Shown here piece by piece: positions 30,228 through 40,786 of a stretch of DNA of 64,000 nt (the stretch's first letter is position 1; each line of letters starts with the position of its first letter). Origin of the DNA: a virus; IMG/VR virus record IMGVR_UViG_3300032291_003663, positions 1 to 64,000 of that record, one strand, 5' to 3'. Under the pieces are notes generated by a model, which saw only the letters and a list, made by a program, of their open reading frames with translations, was not told the DNA's origin and did not search any database. The translations under genes and the position numbers were made by a program.

Positions 30228-31522
30228 ACAAACCACTTTGCGTAGTAAGCTGTCCAATAGACACATATAGCGGATACGGAGCTAGATCTCGTGATTTTGT
30301 AAAATCTCTTATCAAAGCTAAAGGAGATGAATGGGATATTAAAATTTTATCTCAACGATGGGGATCTACTCCATTCGGTGCCTTAAATGAAGATATTAAA
30401 GAAGATTTAGATTTAAAAAATAGAATAATAGGAGCACTTACAATGCAACTTAACTTCCAACCCTATGTGTGGATTCAAATTACAGTACCTAACGAGTTCC
30501 AACCATTAGGAAAACATAATATTGGAGTAACAGCTGGAATAGAAACAACTATTTGTGACCACACATGGCTTGAAGGATGTAACAGAATGGATATTAATTT
30601 AGTATCATCTGAACATTCTAAAAAGATATTTGAAACTAGTAATTTTGAACACAAAAATACTGCTGGTCAAACTGTTGAAAAATTTGAACTAAAAAAACCT
30701 ATTGAGGTACTTTTTGAAGGTGCAGATCTGAACAAGTATTTCAAATCAGATACACTTACTGATTTTAACATTTATGATGATTTAAATACAATTAGCGAAT
30801 CATTTTGTTATTTGTTCGTAGGACATTGGTTACAAGGTGAATACGGCGAAGATAGAAAAAATATTGGATACATGATTAAAGCATTCCTAGAAGTATTTAA
30901 AAACAAGAAAAATAAACCAGCATTGATTTTAAAAATATCTCAAGGTGCTCCTTCAATTATGGATAGAGATGTTATTTTAAAGAAAATAGAAGATATTAGA
31001 AATACCATAGCTGGAAAAGATTTACCAAACATATATCTTGTTCATGGAGATCTAAGTGATGAAGAAATAAATTGTATTTATAATCACCCAAAAGTAAAAG
31101 CAATGATTTCATTTACTAAAGGTGAAGGATTTGGACGACCATTACTTGAATTTAGTGTTGTTGGAAAACCAATTATCGCTAGTGGATGGAGTGGACATTT
31201 AGATTTCTTAAATGCTGAATTTTGCGGATTAGTAGGGGGATCATTGAATAAGGTACATCCAAGTGCTGTTGTTCAAAATACACTACTTGCTGAATCAATG
31301 TGGTTTAGACCAGATGATAATCAATCTGGACACGCTCTCGATGATGTATTTAATAACTATAAAGATTATCAAGAAAAGGCAAAACGATTAGCATATAGAA
31401 ATAAACAAAATTTTTCATTAGATAAAATGACTGAAAAACTAGGTGAATTACTTAAACAATACGTGCCAGAAACACCAAAACATGTTACTTTAAATTTACC
31501 TAAGCTTAAAAAAGTAGATTAA
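30224..31522 (+). CDS. GT4-family glycosyltransferase
   Basis: SGYG, DRKNI, GEGFGRPLLEF...GKPIIASGWSGH. Confidence 0.9.
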   Translation: MNKPLCVVSCPIDTYSGYGARSRDFVKSLIKAKGDEWDIKILSQRWGSTPFGALNEDIKEDLDLKNRIIGALTMQLNFQPYVWIQITVPNEFQPLGKHNIGVTAGIETTICDHTWLEGCNRMDINLVSSEHSKKIFETSNFEHKNTAGQTVEKFELKKPIEVLFEGADLNKYFKSDTLTDFNIYDDLNTISESFCYLFVGHWLQGEYGEDRKNIGYMIKAFLEVFKNKKNKPALILKISQGAPSIMDRDVILKKIEDIRNTIAGKDLPNIYLVHGDLSDEEINCIYNHPKVKAMISFTKGEGFGRPLLEFSVVGKPIIASGWSGHLDFLNAEFCGLVGGSLNKVHPSAVVQNTLLAESMWFRPDDNQSGHALDDVFNNYKDYQEKAKRLAYRNKQNFSLDKMTEKLGELLKQYVPETPKHVTLNLPKLKKVD

Positions 31523-31549
31523 CATATATTTATATACAAAACACAAATC

Positions 31550-31759
31550 ATGGAAAAGAAACCAACAAAAAAAGCCACTTCTAAAAAGAAAGTCGATGTT
31601 GCTCCTAAAACGAAAGTAGTTAAAAAGAAAGTATCCGATAGTATAGAAGATTCTTTCTTAGCTCCCGAAGCAACTCCTCATGTTGAACATTATGTTCATA
31701 CTAGTCCAAAAGTAAAAAAATCATTTTGGACTAAAGCTAAGAACTTTTTGGGATTCTAA
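31550..31759 (+). CDS. Small Lys-rich protein
   Basis: KKPTKKATSKKK...; TATTTATA at 31527. Confidence 0.6.
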   Translation: MEKKPTKKATSKKKVDVAPKTKVVKKKVSDSIEDSFLAPEATPHVEHYVHTSPKVKKSFWTKAKNFLGF

Positions 31760-31782
31760 TTTATTATTCGTAAATTTATAGC

Positions 31783-32214
31783 ATGACAGATAATTTAGTA
31801 AAATGCCACTGTTGTGGTGCTGAGATGTGTTACGAATATCATCATTCTCAATACATCCAATGGATGTGCTTTAATTGTGGATATGGTAGTACATCACATA
31901 TGGTTAAAGATAGTGATTTTATAAAAAATTCTAAAGAATCACTGCCTGAATTGATTAAGGATTTAGAAATCATAGATGAAGAAGGATTTATATGGTATCC
32001 AAGTACAATTAATGTTCCTGAAAAAGGTATGTTATTTCCAAATGGTGGAAATAAAGATGCTTGGGGATGGACAGTTGCTCCTTTAATATCCATTAAAGAA
32101 GAAGAAAGATCTCGTTTTCCTAAAAATCAAACACATAGAGTTGATTTAAACCACATGGAACACTTTTCTAAGGAAAAATTTGCTGAAGCCGTTACAAAAC
32201 TAAATTCTCTATGA
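31783..32214 (+). CDS. Zn-finger hypothetical protein
   Basis: CHCC...CFNC; class-1 box 4 nt before the ATG. Confidence 0.6.
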   Translation: MTDNLVKCHCCGAEMCYEYHHSQYIQWMCFNCGYGSTSHMVKDSDFIKNSKESLPELIKDLEIIDEEGFIWYPSTINVPEKGMLFPNGGNKDAWGWTVAPLISIKEEERSRFPKNQTHRVDLNHMEHFSKEKFAEAVTKLNSL

Positions 32215-32570
32215 CAAGCCCAGAATTTATAATTTGGTTAAAAGGCTTTACTGAAGCTTGTAATGATTTTACAGCAACACCAAAGCAATGGGACCGAATT
32301 AAAGAAGTATTATATGAGGTAAAAGATTATGATGATAACCCTGATCTTGATCAGGAAATAGAGAGAGGCTTCAATGATTGGTATCCAATTGAATATACAA
32401 CTGGATCTGGGTCTATATCTATTTCTGGGTCTACATCTACCTATAATAATGTAGTATGGAGTGATCAAAGAGGAAGTTGGCATTACACTAACAACCCAGA
32501 AGGATTTGGATACTATGATGCAAACAATACAATGGATATTAAGAATAAAAAAGAATTATTAAATGATTAA
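32211..32570 (+). CDS. Hypothetical phage protein
   Basis: MTSPEFIIWLKGF...QWDRIKE. Confidence 0.6.
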   Translation: MTSPEFIIWLKGFTEACNDFTATPKQWDRIKEVLYEVKDYDDNPDLDQEIERGFNDWYPIEYTTGSGSISISGSTSTYNNVVWSDQRGSWHYTNNPEGFGYYDANNTMDIKNKKELLND

Positions 32571-32573
32571 GTT

Positions 32574-33191
32574 ATGCCTTCAATTAGTTATGCTATCACT
32601 GCTCATAATGAAGTAGATGAATTAATTAGACTACTAAACCAATTAGTCAATATTGCCAATAAAGAGGATGAAATAATCATTCAGCTAGACTTAACAGCAA
32701 CTATGGGGGTAAAATATATTATAGATGAATATCCCACTGTTAAAAATATTGAGTTTGGATTAAATAAAGATTTTGCTTCATTTAAGAATAATCTAAAAAA
32801 TAATTGTACTAAAGATTACATATTTTTTATAGATGCAGATGAATATCCTTCTACTCATTTAATTAAGTTACTCAAACAAGTATTAACATCTCACGCTGAT
32901 ATAGATTGTTTTGCTTTACCTAGAATCAATACGGTTGATGGTCTTACTCAAGAACATATTCAAAAGTGGGGATGGGTAGTAGACAATAAAAATAGAATTA
33001 ATTGGCCCGATTATCAAACTAGAATTTGCAAGAATATTCCTGATATAAAATGGGTAGGTAAAGTTCATGAACGACTAGAAGGATTTAAAATTATCTCTCA
33101 TTTCCCTTCAGAATATGAAGAATGGGCTTTAATTCATCCTAAGACAATCAAACGGCAAGAAATACAAAATAATCTTTACTCGCAAATATAA
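32574..33191 (+). CDS. GT2-family glycosyltransferase
   Basis: ISYAITAHNE, IFFIDADE, WPDYQTR, VHERL. Confidence 0.88.
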   Translation: MPSISYAITAHNEVDELIRLLNQLVNIANKEDEIIIQLDLTATMGVKYIIDEYPTVKNIEFGLNKDFASFKNNLKNNCTKDYIFFIDADEYPSTHLIKLLKQVLTSHADIDCFALPRINTVDGLTQEHIQKWGWVVDNKNRINWPDYQTRICKNIPDIKWVGKVHERLEGFKIISHFPSEYEEWALIHPKTIKRQEIQNNLYSQI

Positions 33192-33194
33192 GTT

Positions 33195-33830
33195 ATGGCA
33201 AACGGAATATATAAGATAACTGAGGATTTTGAAAAAGCATTATCTGATTACACAGGTGCTCCTTATGTGATTACAGTTGATAATCAAAGTAACGCTTTAT
33301 TTTTAGCTTTAAAATACGAAAATATTAAAGGAGTAGAAATTACTATTCCTTCAAGAACATATCCCTCCGTACCCTGTGAAATAATACATGCAGGCGGGAA
33401 AGTAAATTTTAGAAAAATTAAAGGTAAAACCATTAAAGGGGCATACCAATTAGCTCCTACCAAAGTATGGGATAGTGCTTTAAGTTTTACTTACAATATG
33501 TACAAACCAAACACTCATATGTGTTTATCCTTTACAGGTCCGTATAAACATTTTAAATTAAGTAAAGGTGGAGCTATATTAACGGATGACTTTGATGCTT
33601 ATAGTTGGTTTAAAAGAGCAAGATATAGTGGCAGAAGAGAATGCTCATACCATGATGATAATCTCGACATGTTAGGATGGAATTTCTATATGATGCCAGA
33701 ATTAGCAGCTAGAGGATTATTACTAATGAATCAATTTTATCATGGTGGTATTCCAAGACACAACTATGATTTAGAATTATCATACCCCGATTTATCTAAA
33801 TTTCCTATTTACACTCAGAACCATGACTAA
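33195..33830 (+). CDS. Short DegT/DnrJ-type PLP-dependent sugar aminotransferase
   Basis: FEKAL..Y.GA, TYPSV, WDSA, SF...K...KGGAILTDD, GWNFYM. Confidence 0.75.
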   Translation: MANGIYKITEDFEKALSDYTGAPYVITVDNQSNALFLALKYENIKGVEITIPSRTYPSVPCEIIHAGGKVNFRKIKGKTIKGAYQLAPTKVWDSALSFTYNMYKPNTHMCLSFTGPYKHFKLSKGGAILTDDFDAYSWFKRARYSGRRECSYHDDNLDMLGWNFYMMPELAARGLLLMNQFYHGGIPRHNYDLELSYPDLSKFPIYTQNHD

Positions 33831-34530
33831 TAAGGTAGCTATAATGCAACCATATTTCGTCCCATATATAGGCTACTTTCAACTAATCAACTCAGTAGAT
33901 AACTTTATTATATATGATAATATTCAATATACTAAAAAGGGATGGATTAATAGAAATAGAATACTAGTTAATGGGAATGATAAAGTAATAACCTTACCTC
34001 TAAAAAAGGATTCTGATTATTTAAATGTAATGGATAGAAAATTATCTGAATCTTGGGACAAGGATAAAAGAAAAATGTTAAATCTAATACACGTTTCATA
34101 TCGTAATGCTCCTTATTTTATAGAAGCATATGATGTAATTCAAAAATGCTTGTTGGATACCGAAGAAAATTTATTTACCTTTATATTAAATAATTTAAAA
34201 AATATAAATAATTATCTTGAAATTAAAACATCAATTATAGCTTCATCTGAATTAGATATCGATCACTCTCTTAAATCACAAGATAAAGTATTAGCTATTT
34301 GTAAAGTACGAAAAGCTACTAAATATATAAATGCTATTGGTGGTATTGAACTTTATAATAAAGAAGAATTTAAAAAACAAGATATTGAATTAAATTTTAT
34401 AAAATCAAGTCCTATAAGCTATAAACAATTTAATAATGAATTTGTCTCTTGGCTTTCTATTATTGATGTAATGATGTTTAATTCTAAAGAAACTATTAAA
34501 CAATATTTAAACTTATATACTTTAATATGA
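33823..34530 (+). CDS. WbqC-like protein
   Basis: AIMQPYF.PYIGYF, YDNIQY.K.GWINRNRI, Y..APYF, YIN.IGG..LY, LSIIDVMM. Confidence 0.9.
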   Translation: MTNKVAIMQPYFVPYIGYFQLINSVDNFIIYDNIQYTKKGWINRNRILVNGNDKVITLPLKKDSDYLNVMDRKLSESWDKDKRKMLNLIHVSYRNAPYFIEAYDVIQKCLLDTEENLFTFILNNLKNINNYLEIKTSIIASSELDIDHSLKSQDKVLAICKVRKATKYINAIGGIELYNKEEFKKQDIELNFIKSSPISYKQFNNEFVSWLSIIDVMMFNSKETIKQYLNLYTLI

Positions 34531-35087
34531 AAAGTATACCCCACTATTACGAAAACATCCAAGGATGGTTTAGTTTTTCTAAATTATACTCTCATGTAGT
34601 ACAGAAATATCCTAATGGAAGCCATTTTATAGAAGTTGGAGTATGGAAAGGCACATCAGCATCATACATGGGAGTTGAAATATATAACTCTGGTAAAAAT
34701 ATTAAATTTGATTGTATCGATCCATTTGTACCTGTAAAAAATGATATGCCTGAATTTGAAATAACTCATAAAGATTTAAAAAATACATTTATTAACAATA
34801 TGAAGCCACTTAAAGGCTACTACAATCTCATACTAACCGGATCTCCAGAATGCACAGAATTATATAAAGATAAATCCGTTGATTTCGTTTTCATTGATGG
34901 TGATCATTCATATAGTGCTGTTATGCAAGATATAAAAGCATGGCTTCCTAAAATGAAACCAGGAAGTATTCTTGCAGGTCACGATTACGCATTTCCCGAA
35001 GTAAGAAAAGCATGTCATGATGTTCTTGGAGAAAAAAATTGGAGTGATCCTTTTGAATGTGATTGTTGGATGGTAGAAATTGAATAA
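34527..35087 (+). CDS. Class I SAM methyltransferase (Methyltransf_24-like)
   Basis: IEVGVWKG.S, DFVFIDGDHSY, LAGHDY. Confidence 0.88.
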   Translation: MKSIPHYYENIQGWFSFSKLYSHVVQKYPNGSHFIEVGVWKGTSASYMGVEIYNSGKNIKFDCIDPFVPVKNDMPEFEITHKDLKNTFINNMKPLKGYYNLILTGSPECTELYKDKSVDFVFIDGDHSYSAVMQDIKAWLPKMKPGSILAGHDYAFPEVRKACHDVLGEKNWSDPFECDCWMVEIE

Positions 35088-35088
35088 T

Positions 35089-36045
35089 ATGAAATGGAAA
35101 AAATTAGGTAGGATATTTAATCCTCAAGATTATCAAACAGAGTGGATGAAAGAATTTGCTCAATGTACTAGTGCATTGGTGTTTGATACTTACGTTAGAA
35201 TTTACTTTAGTTGTCGTCCTGAAAAAGATAAAGAGGGACAAGCAAAATCATACACTGCTTTTATAGATGTTGATAGAAATAATTTATTTAATATAATAAA
35301 TGTAGCTAAAGAACCTATATTGCCACTTGGTGAATTAGGAACATTTGATGAATTTGCAGTATATCCTACTTCTGTGTTTAGAGACTATGAGGACATAAAA
35401 TTATATTATGCTGGATGGAATAGGATGAAATCAGTACCATTTAATACATCAATTGGTTTAGCTATAAGTAAAGATGGAGGTACAACATTCAATAGAATAG
35501 GAGCTGGCCCCATATTGTCTGCTAGCACTGATGAACCATTTGTTATTAGTGGTCCTAAAGTAAGAAGATTTAATGGAATACTGTATATGTTCTACTTAGC
35601 AGGAACTAAATGGATAGAACATGAAGGTAAACCGGAAATTATTTATAAACTTAAAATGGCTGTTTCTAAAGATGGAATGCATTGGACTAAAATAAATAAA
35701 AATATTGTAAGTGATATTCTAGAAGAAAATGAATGCCAAGCAGGTCCTGATGTGTTTTATCATAATGGAAAATACCATATGTACTTTATTTACAGATATG
35801 CGTTAGATTTTAGAAACAATAGAGGCAGGGGATACCAAATAGGATACGCATATTCAGACGACCTAATCAAATGGACACGAGATGATGAAAATGTAGGAAT
35901 ACATTATTCCGAACCAGGTGAATGGGACGGGGACATGCATCATTATCCCCATGTGTTTGAATTAGATGGAAATCATTACATGTTATATAATGGAAACGAA
36001 TTTGGTAAATATGGCTTTGGCCTTGCAATTTTAGAAAATGAATAA
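35089..36045 (+). CDS. Five-bladed beta-propeller glycosidase-like protein (GH32/GH43 clan-like)
   Basis: MKWKKLG start; repeated AxSxDGxxW blades (SKDGG.TF, SKDGMHW, SDDLIKW); YNGNEFG. Confidence 0.7.
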   Translation: MKWKKLGRIFNPQDYQTEWMKEFAQCTSALVFDTYVRIYFSCRPEKDKEGQAKSYTAFIDVDRNNLFNIINVAKEPILPLGELGTFDEFAVYPTSVFRDYEDIKLYYAGWNRMKSVPFNTSIGLAISKDGGTTFNRIGAGPILSASTDEPFVISGPKVRRFNGILYMFYLAGTKWIEHEGKPEIIYKLKMAVSKDGMHWTKINKNIVSDILEENECQAGPDVFYHNGKYHMYFIYRYALDFRNNRGRGYQIGYAYSDDLIKWTRDDENVGIHYSEPGEWDGDMHHYPHVFELDGNHYMLYNGNEFGKYGFGLAILENE

Positions 36046-37204
36046 TATAAGTTTTAAAATAAATACTTCAACGGTAAATGATATTAAGAAGCATCTTGAA
36101 GAATGTTCAATTCATTTTGCTCCTGCTTTAGACACATATGTTAATATAGAAGAATACGCTAATAAAATTTATAACAAAGCTGTTAGATTTGAAGCATTTA
36201 ATGACTCTAAATTAATAGGTTTAATAGCAATGTATATTGACTTAAATAAAAAAATAGGATTCATAACTAATGTAAGTATAGATATTGAATATAAAGGACA
36301 GGGTGTAGGGGGTATTTTAATAAATAAAGCTAAAAAACATGCTTCTAAAAACAATATTGAATTAATTGAACTAGAAGTTTATAATGAAAATATTAAAGCT
36401 ATGGGTTTTTACCATAAACATGGATTTAATACATCCCAAATAAGTGAACAAACATCTTTTATGCAATATGAGTGTGAACGAGACTATGACCAGGAATTTC
36501 AAGATACAGCAGATCATAAGTATGCTTATAACTTTGATTTTGATGTAATGCATCCTTATATGATTAAATCCTTTGAGCCATTTTTTAAAGGAGATGATGT
36601 ACTTGAGTTAGGTAGTTTTAAAGGTGATTTTACTAAACATTTATCTGGGTATTTTGCTGAGGTAGCATGTGTTGAAGCATCTCATAAAGCTATACAACAT
36701 GCTAAAACTAAATTTAATGATGCTACAACATTCTATAATTCATTATTTGAAAATACAGTATTATCTAAAAAATATAATAATATTGTATTAACACATGTTT
36801 TAGAACATGTAGATAATCCTGTAAAACTATTAAATAAAATTAAAGAGGAATGGTTAACAGATGATGGTTGCTTATTTGTCGTTTGTCCTAATGCTAATGC
36901 TCCTTCAAGACAAATAGCAGTTAAAATGGGATTAATAACACATAATAGCGCTATCACACCAGCAGAAGCAGAACATGGGCATAGAATCACATATACATTA
37001 GACACATTAGAAAGAGATGCTAAACAAAGCGGATTAAAAGTAATTTACCGCTCAGGTATATTCTTTAAAGCATTAGCTAATTTTCAGTGGGATCAATTAC
37101 TTCAAACAGACATTATAAGTAAAGAATATCTAGATGGATGTTATGCCTTAGGCCAACAATACCCAGACTTATGTTCAAGTATATTACTAGTATGTAAAAA
37201 ATAA
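36038..37204 (+). CDS. GNAT acetyltransferase fused to a class I methyltransferase
   Basis: YKGQGVG/LEV..EN..A..FY.KHGF (GNAT); VLELGSFKG, HVLEHV, VCPN (MTase). Confidence 0.85.
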   Translation: MNNISFKINTSTVNDIKKHLEECSIHFAPALDTYVNIEEYANKIYNKAVRFEAFNDSKLIGLIAMYIDLNKKIGFITNVSIDIEYKGQGVGGILINKAKKHASKNNIELIELEVYNENIKAMGFYHKHGFNTSQISEQTSFMQYECERDYDQEFQDTADHKYAYNFDFDVMHPYMIKSFEPFFKGDDVLELGSFKGDFTKHLSGYFAEVACVEASHKAIQHAKTKFNDATTFYNSLFENTVLSKKYNNIVLTHVLEHVDNPVKLLNKIKEEWLTDDGCLFVVCPNANAPSRQIAVKMGLITHNSAITPAEAEHGHRITYTLDTLERDAKQSGLKVIYRSGIFFKALANFQWDQLLQTDIISKEYLDGCYALGQQYPDLCSSILLVCKK

Positions 37205-37209
37205 ATAAT

Positions 37210-38073
37210 ATGAAAGAATACATTTTACCGGGATATAATCCCAAACTGTTGATAAAAGATAAAGAACGTATAGCAAAATTGTATAACGAATATGGTGTTG
37301 TTATATTCCCTGGGTTTTTAAAAAAGGATAAAAATTTTAAAAACTATATTAAAGATTTAAATTGGGTGTTTGAAGAAATTATTTCAAGACACAGTACTAA
37401 ATCATTACCAAAAGATTTAGGAGATAAACTATCATTGTTAAATAAACTTAAAGCAATAGATGGTAAGATAATTACAAATCTCGGTACTCAACCTAATAAA
37501 TTTAATTCATTTAATATACTTAAATATTCTCCATGTGTAGATGCTATTTTAAAAGAAATATACGGAGAACAAGCAATAATAGCTACACCTCAAGCAGGTG
37601 ATACCTTGCATTTCTTCCCATCCGGAGAAGAATTTTATAAATATAATTTACCTCCCCACCAGGACTATCAATACTTGATGCAATCACCATCCCAAGCTAC
37701 ATTTTATATGGGGTTATCATCATATAAAGAAGATGTTGGAGGACTTAAAATATGGGAAAAATCACATAAATTAGGTATATTACCTACTACAACAAATGAA
37801 TTTGGTTCATTTGAAGTTAAAGATAGTGAAATAATACTTAAAGAATTTGAAACTCTAGATTATAAATGGGAAATGGGGGATCTTGGACTTTTTGATAGTT
37901 TACTATCTCATAGTTCTATCCCTAATAAAAGTAAAAAACACAGTAGAATTGTTCAGATATTTAGATTTTCGGATCTAAACAATCAACAAGCTAAAGAATA
38001 TGATTTTAAATCTGCTACATATAAACGAGACGGAATATTATTTGCTGATATACATTCATCCTTATTAAGTTAA
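37210..38073 (+). CDS. Fe(II)/2-oxoglutarate dioxygenase (PhyH-like)
   Basis: PPHQDY, GGL.IW..SHK, GD...FDS.L.H.S..N...SR. Confidence 0.8.
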   Translation: MKEYILPGYNPKLLIKDKERIAKLYNEYGVVIFPGFLKKDKNFKNYIKDLNWVFEEIISRHSTKSLPKDLGDKLSLLNKLKAIDGKIITNLGTQPNKFNSFNILKYSPCVDAILKEIYGEQAIIATPQAGDTLHFFPSGEEFYKYNLPPHQDYQYLMQSPSQATFYMGLSSYKEDVGGLKIWEKSHKLGILPTTTNEFGSFEVKDSEIILKEFETLDYKWEMGDLGLFDSLLSHSSIPNKSKKHSRIVQIFRFSDLNNQQAKEYDFKSATYKRDGILFADIHSSLLS

Positions 38074-38079
38074 AAACAT

Positions 38080-38763
38080 ATGACAATACACGTAATTTAT
38101 AGACACACAGACAATTTAGAAGCTTGCGGAGTAGGAAAGAATAGACCAAAATGGTTTTCATTTGATGGATGTTTAAATAATATTCTATCAACTATAGAAG
38201 ATGCTGATTTTGTGAAATTTCATTTAATATATGATGGTGAGTTTAAAGGTGAAATTGATAAAAGAATAGACCATGTAGAAATAATTAATGAAAAATCTGC
38301 TATGGGGGCTTGGGTTAAAGCCTGGGACTATGCTAAAAGTTTAGATTTAAAAGATGATGATTTAATTTATCATCTTGAAAATGACTATATGCACGCTTAT
38401 GGATGGCCCTATAAAATAATGGAATTATATGATTTATACAGTGAAGTAGATTACGTTACACTTTATGATCATCCCCATTTCTACCATCCTAATGATTACC
38501 CTAATTTATCAACTAATATACTACCCACTTATTCACATCATTGGATCACTCGCCCCAGTACTACAGGAGCGTTTATAGTTAACAAAAGAATCTTATTTGA
38601 AGATTACGACACTTGGGTGGATGGGCCAGGAGATTATCATAAATTCATATCGTTAGGAAAAAATAAGAAAAGAAATATCGTATCACCTATTCCTAGTTTA
38701 TCTACTCATTGTGAAACAGAATGGTTAGCAACAACGGTAGATTGGGAAAAATTATCTAAATAA
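38080..38763 (+). CDS. Putative GT-A glycosyltransferase
   Basis: IYHLENDYMH, YVTLYDHP, SPIPSLSTH. Confidence 0.65.
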   Translation: MTIHVIYRHTDNLEACGVGKNRPKWFSFDGCLNNILSTIEDADFVKFHLIYDGEFKGEIDKRIDHVEIINEKSAMGAWVKAWDYAKSLDLKDDDLIYHLENDYMHAYGWPYKIMELYDLYSEVDYVTLYDHPHFYHPNDYPNLSTNILPTYSHHWITRPSTTGAFIVNKRILFEDYDTWVDGPGDYHKFISLGKNKKRNIVSPIPSLSTHCETEWLATTVDWEKLSK

Positions 38764-38765
38764 AA

Positions 38766-40046
38766 ATGATAGAATTATCTAATATACAGGCATTAGCCGG
38801 GAACCATGTTCCAAAATATATCTACAATGATCATTTTGAACCCGGAAATACACCTGTGTATTATTCTGGTCCATACTGGGATAGTAGAGAAATAGTAGCA
38901 GCAATGGATTCTTTCCTAAATGGCAAATGGATTACAGCGGGAGAAAAAGTACACAAATTTGAAAGTCAATTTGGAAAACGTTTCAAAACCAAACATTCAC
39001 ATATGGTGAATTCTGGATCATCTGCTAATCTAATTTTAATAGCAGCTCTTAAAAAACGCTTTAAGTGGGAAGATGAAGATGAAATTATTGTATCGCCTGT
39101 TGGATTTGCAACTACTGTATCTGTATTATATCAAAATCGACTAAAACCAGTATTTGTAGATATTGAATGGGATACTTTAAACTTTGACATTAACCAAATT
39201 GAAGCTAAGATAACACCTAAAACTAAAGGGATATTCGTATCACCTGTATTAGGTAATCCTCCTGATATAGACAGGTTAGTTAAATTATGTATTAAATATG
39301 ATATAAAACTAATAGGAGATAACTGTGATAGTTTAGGAAGCAAATGGGAGGGAAAATATTTAAATGAATACTACGTAGCATATGCTAATTCTTTCTATCC
39401 TGCTCATCATATTAGTACAGGAGAAGGGGGAATGTGTTGTACAGACGATGATGAATTGAAAAAATTATTTGTTAGTTTATCATGGTGGGGAAGAGATTGT
39501 TATTGTGTTGGTTCTGCTAATTTATTACCTTGTGGAACATGTGGAAACAGATTTGATAAATGGTTAGAAAATTACGACGGCGTTATTGATCACAAATACG
39601 TATTCAGTGAAATGGGTTATAATTTAAAACCTCTAGATTTACAAGGAGCTATTGGATTGGTTCAATTAGAAAAATTAGATGAAATTGAAACTAATAGAAA
39701 ACGCTCTAAAGAAACTATCTCTAAAATATTTACAGACAATATCTCAGGGTTGAGAACACCAAGTACATTAAGCAAGGCTGATCCTTGTTGGTTTGGTACT
39801 CCATTTATATGTGAAGAGGAAGGACTAAAACACAAATTAGTTGCTCATTTAGAAGCAAATAAAATTCAAACGCGTAACTATTTCGCAGGAAATATTTTAT
39901 TACATCCTGGATATTCATCATTAGATGATTATAAGAATTATCCGGAGGCAAATAAGGTATTAGATAAGGTATTCTTTATAGGAGCAGCACCTCACTATAC
40001 TCAAGATGTATTTAACTATATTGAAGATATAATAAAAAAATTCTAA
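38766..40046 (+). CDS. rfbH: CDP-4-keto-6-deoxyglucose-3-dehydratase (E1, RfbH/DdhC-like)
   Basis: NSGSSANL, SFYPAHHISTGEGG (His in place of Lys), WGRDCYC...CGTC, DHKY.F..MGYNLK. Confidence 0.88.
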   Translation: MIELSNIQALAGNHVPKYIYNDHFEPGNTPVYYSGPYWDSREIVAAMDSFLNGKWITAGEKVHKFESQFGKRFKTKHSHMVNSGSSANLILIAALKKRFKWEDEDEIIVSPVGFATTVSVLYQNRLKPVFVDIEWDTLNFDINQIEAKITPKTKGIFVSPVLGNPPDIDRLVKLCIKYDIKLIGDNCDSLGSKWEGKYLNEYYVAYANSFYPAHHISTGEGGMCCTDDDELKKLFVSLSWWGRDCYCVGSANLLPCGTCGNRFDKWLENYDGVIDHKYVFSEMGYNLKPLDLQGAIGLVQLEKLDEIETNRKRSKETISKIFTDNISGLRTPSTLSKADPCWFGTPFICEEEGLKHKLVAHLEANKIQTRNYFAGNILLHPGYSSLDDYKNYPEANKVLDKVFFIGAAPHYTQDVFNYIEDIIKKF

Positions 40047-40786
40047 TGAAAATACTAGTATTAGGAGATGGAAAGTTAGGATCTGAAATAATAAAACAGA
40101 CAAATTGGGAGTATATTTCAAGAAAAAAAGATGGATTTGACTTTACAAATGCTCGTGATATTACTAAAGCACTAATAGAAGACCATCATGGAACTATACT
40201 AGTAAAAAAATATGACGCAGTAATAAACTGCATGGCTAATACTGATACTTATTCTACTGAAAAAGAACTAATGTATAAAGTAAATTATGAAGCAGTTGCT
40301 AACTTATCTGATATATGTAATGCTTATAAGATTAAATTAGTTCATATTTCAACAGATTATGTTTATGCTGGTTCTGTAAATAATGCTACTGAAGAAGATA
40401 TGCCTGTACCTTCAAATAACTGGTACACATATTATAAATTATTAGCTGATGAATATATTGCAATAACTAATTCTAATTACTTAATTTGTCGATGCTCATT
40501 TAAGTCAAAACCCTTTGAATTTAAGTATGCTTGGTATAACCAAATAGGTAACTTTGATTATGTTGATGTTATAACAGAATTAATTATTAAACTAGTTAAA
40601 GGAGATGCTAAAGGAATTTATAATGTAGGTACTGAAACTAAAACTATGCTTGATCTAGCCAAACAAACAAAACCAGAAACTCAACCATCACAAAGACCAG
40701 ATCACGCACCTGCAAATATTTCTATAGATATTAGTAAATTAAAAAATTTCTTAAATGAAAACACTAGTAACAATACTAAACCATAA
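40046..40786 (+). CDS. NAD(P)-dependent sugar reductase (RmlD-like SDR)
   Basis: ILVLGDGKLG, VINC.A, HISTDYVY, YxxxK (YTYYK). Confidence 0.82.
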   Translation: MKILVLGDGKLGSEIIKQTNWEYISRKKDGFDFTNARDITKALIEDHHGTILVKKYDAVINCMANTDTYSTEKELMYKVNYEAVANLSDICNAYKIKLVHISTDYVYAGSVNNATEEDMPVPSNNWYTYYKLLADEYIAITNSNYLICRCSFKSKPFEFKYAWYNQIGNFDYVDVITELIIKLVKGDAKGIYNVGTETKTMLDLAKQTKPETQPSQRPDHAPANISIDISKLKNFLNENTSNNTKP

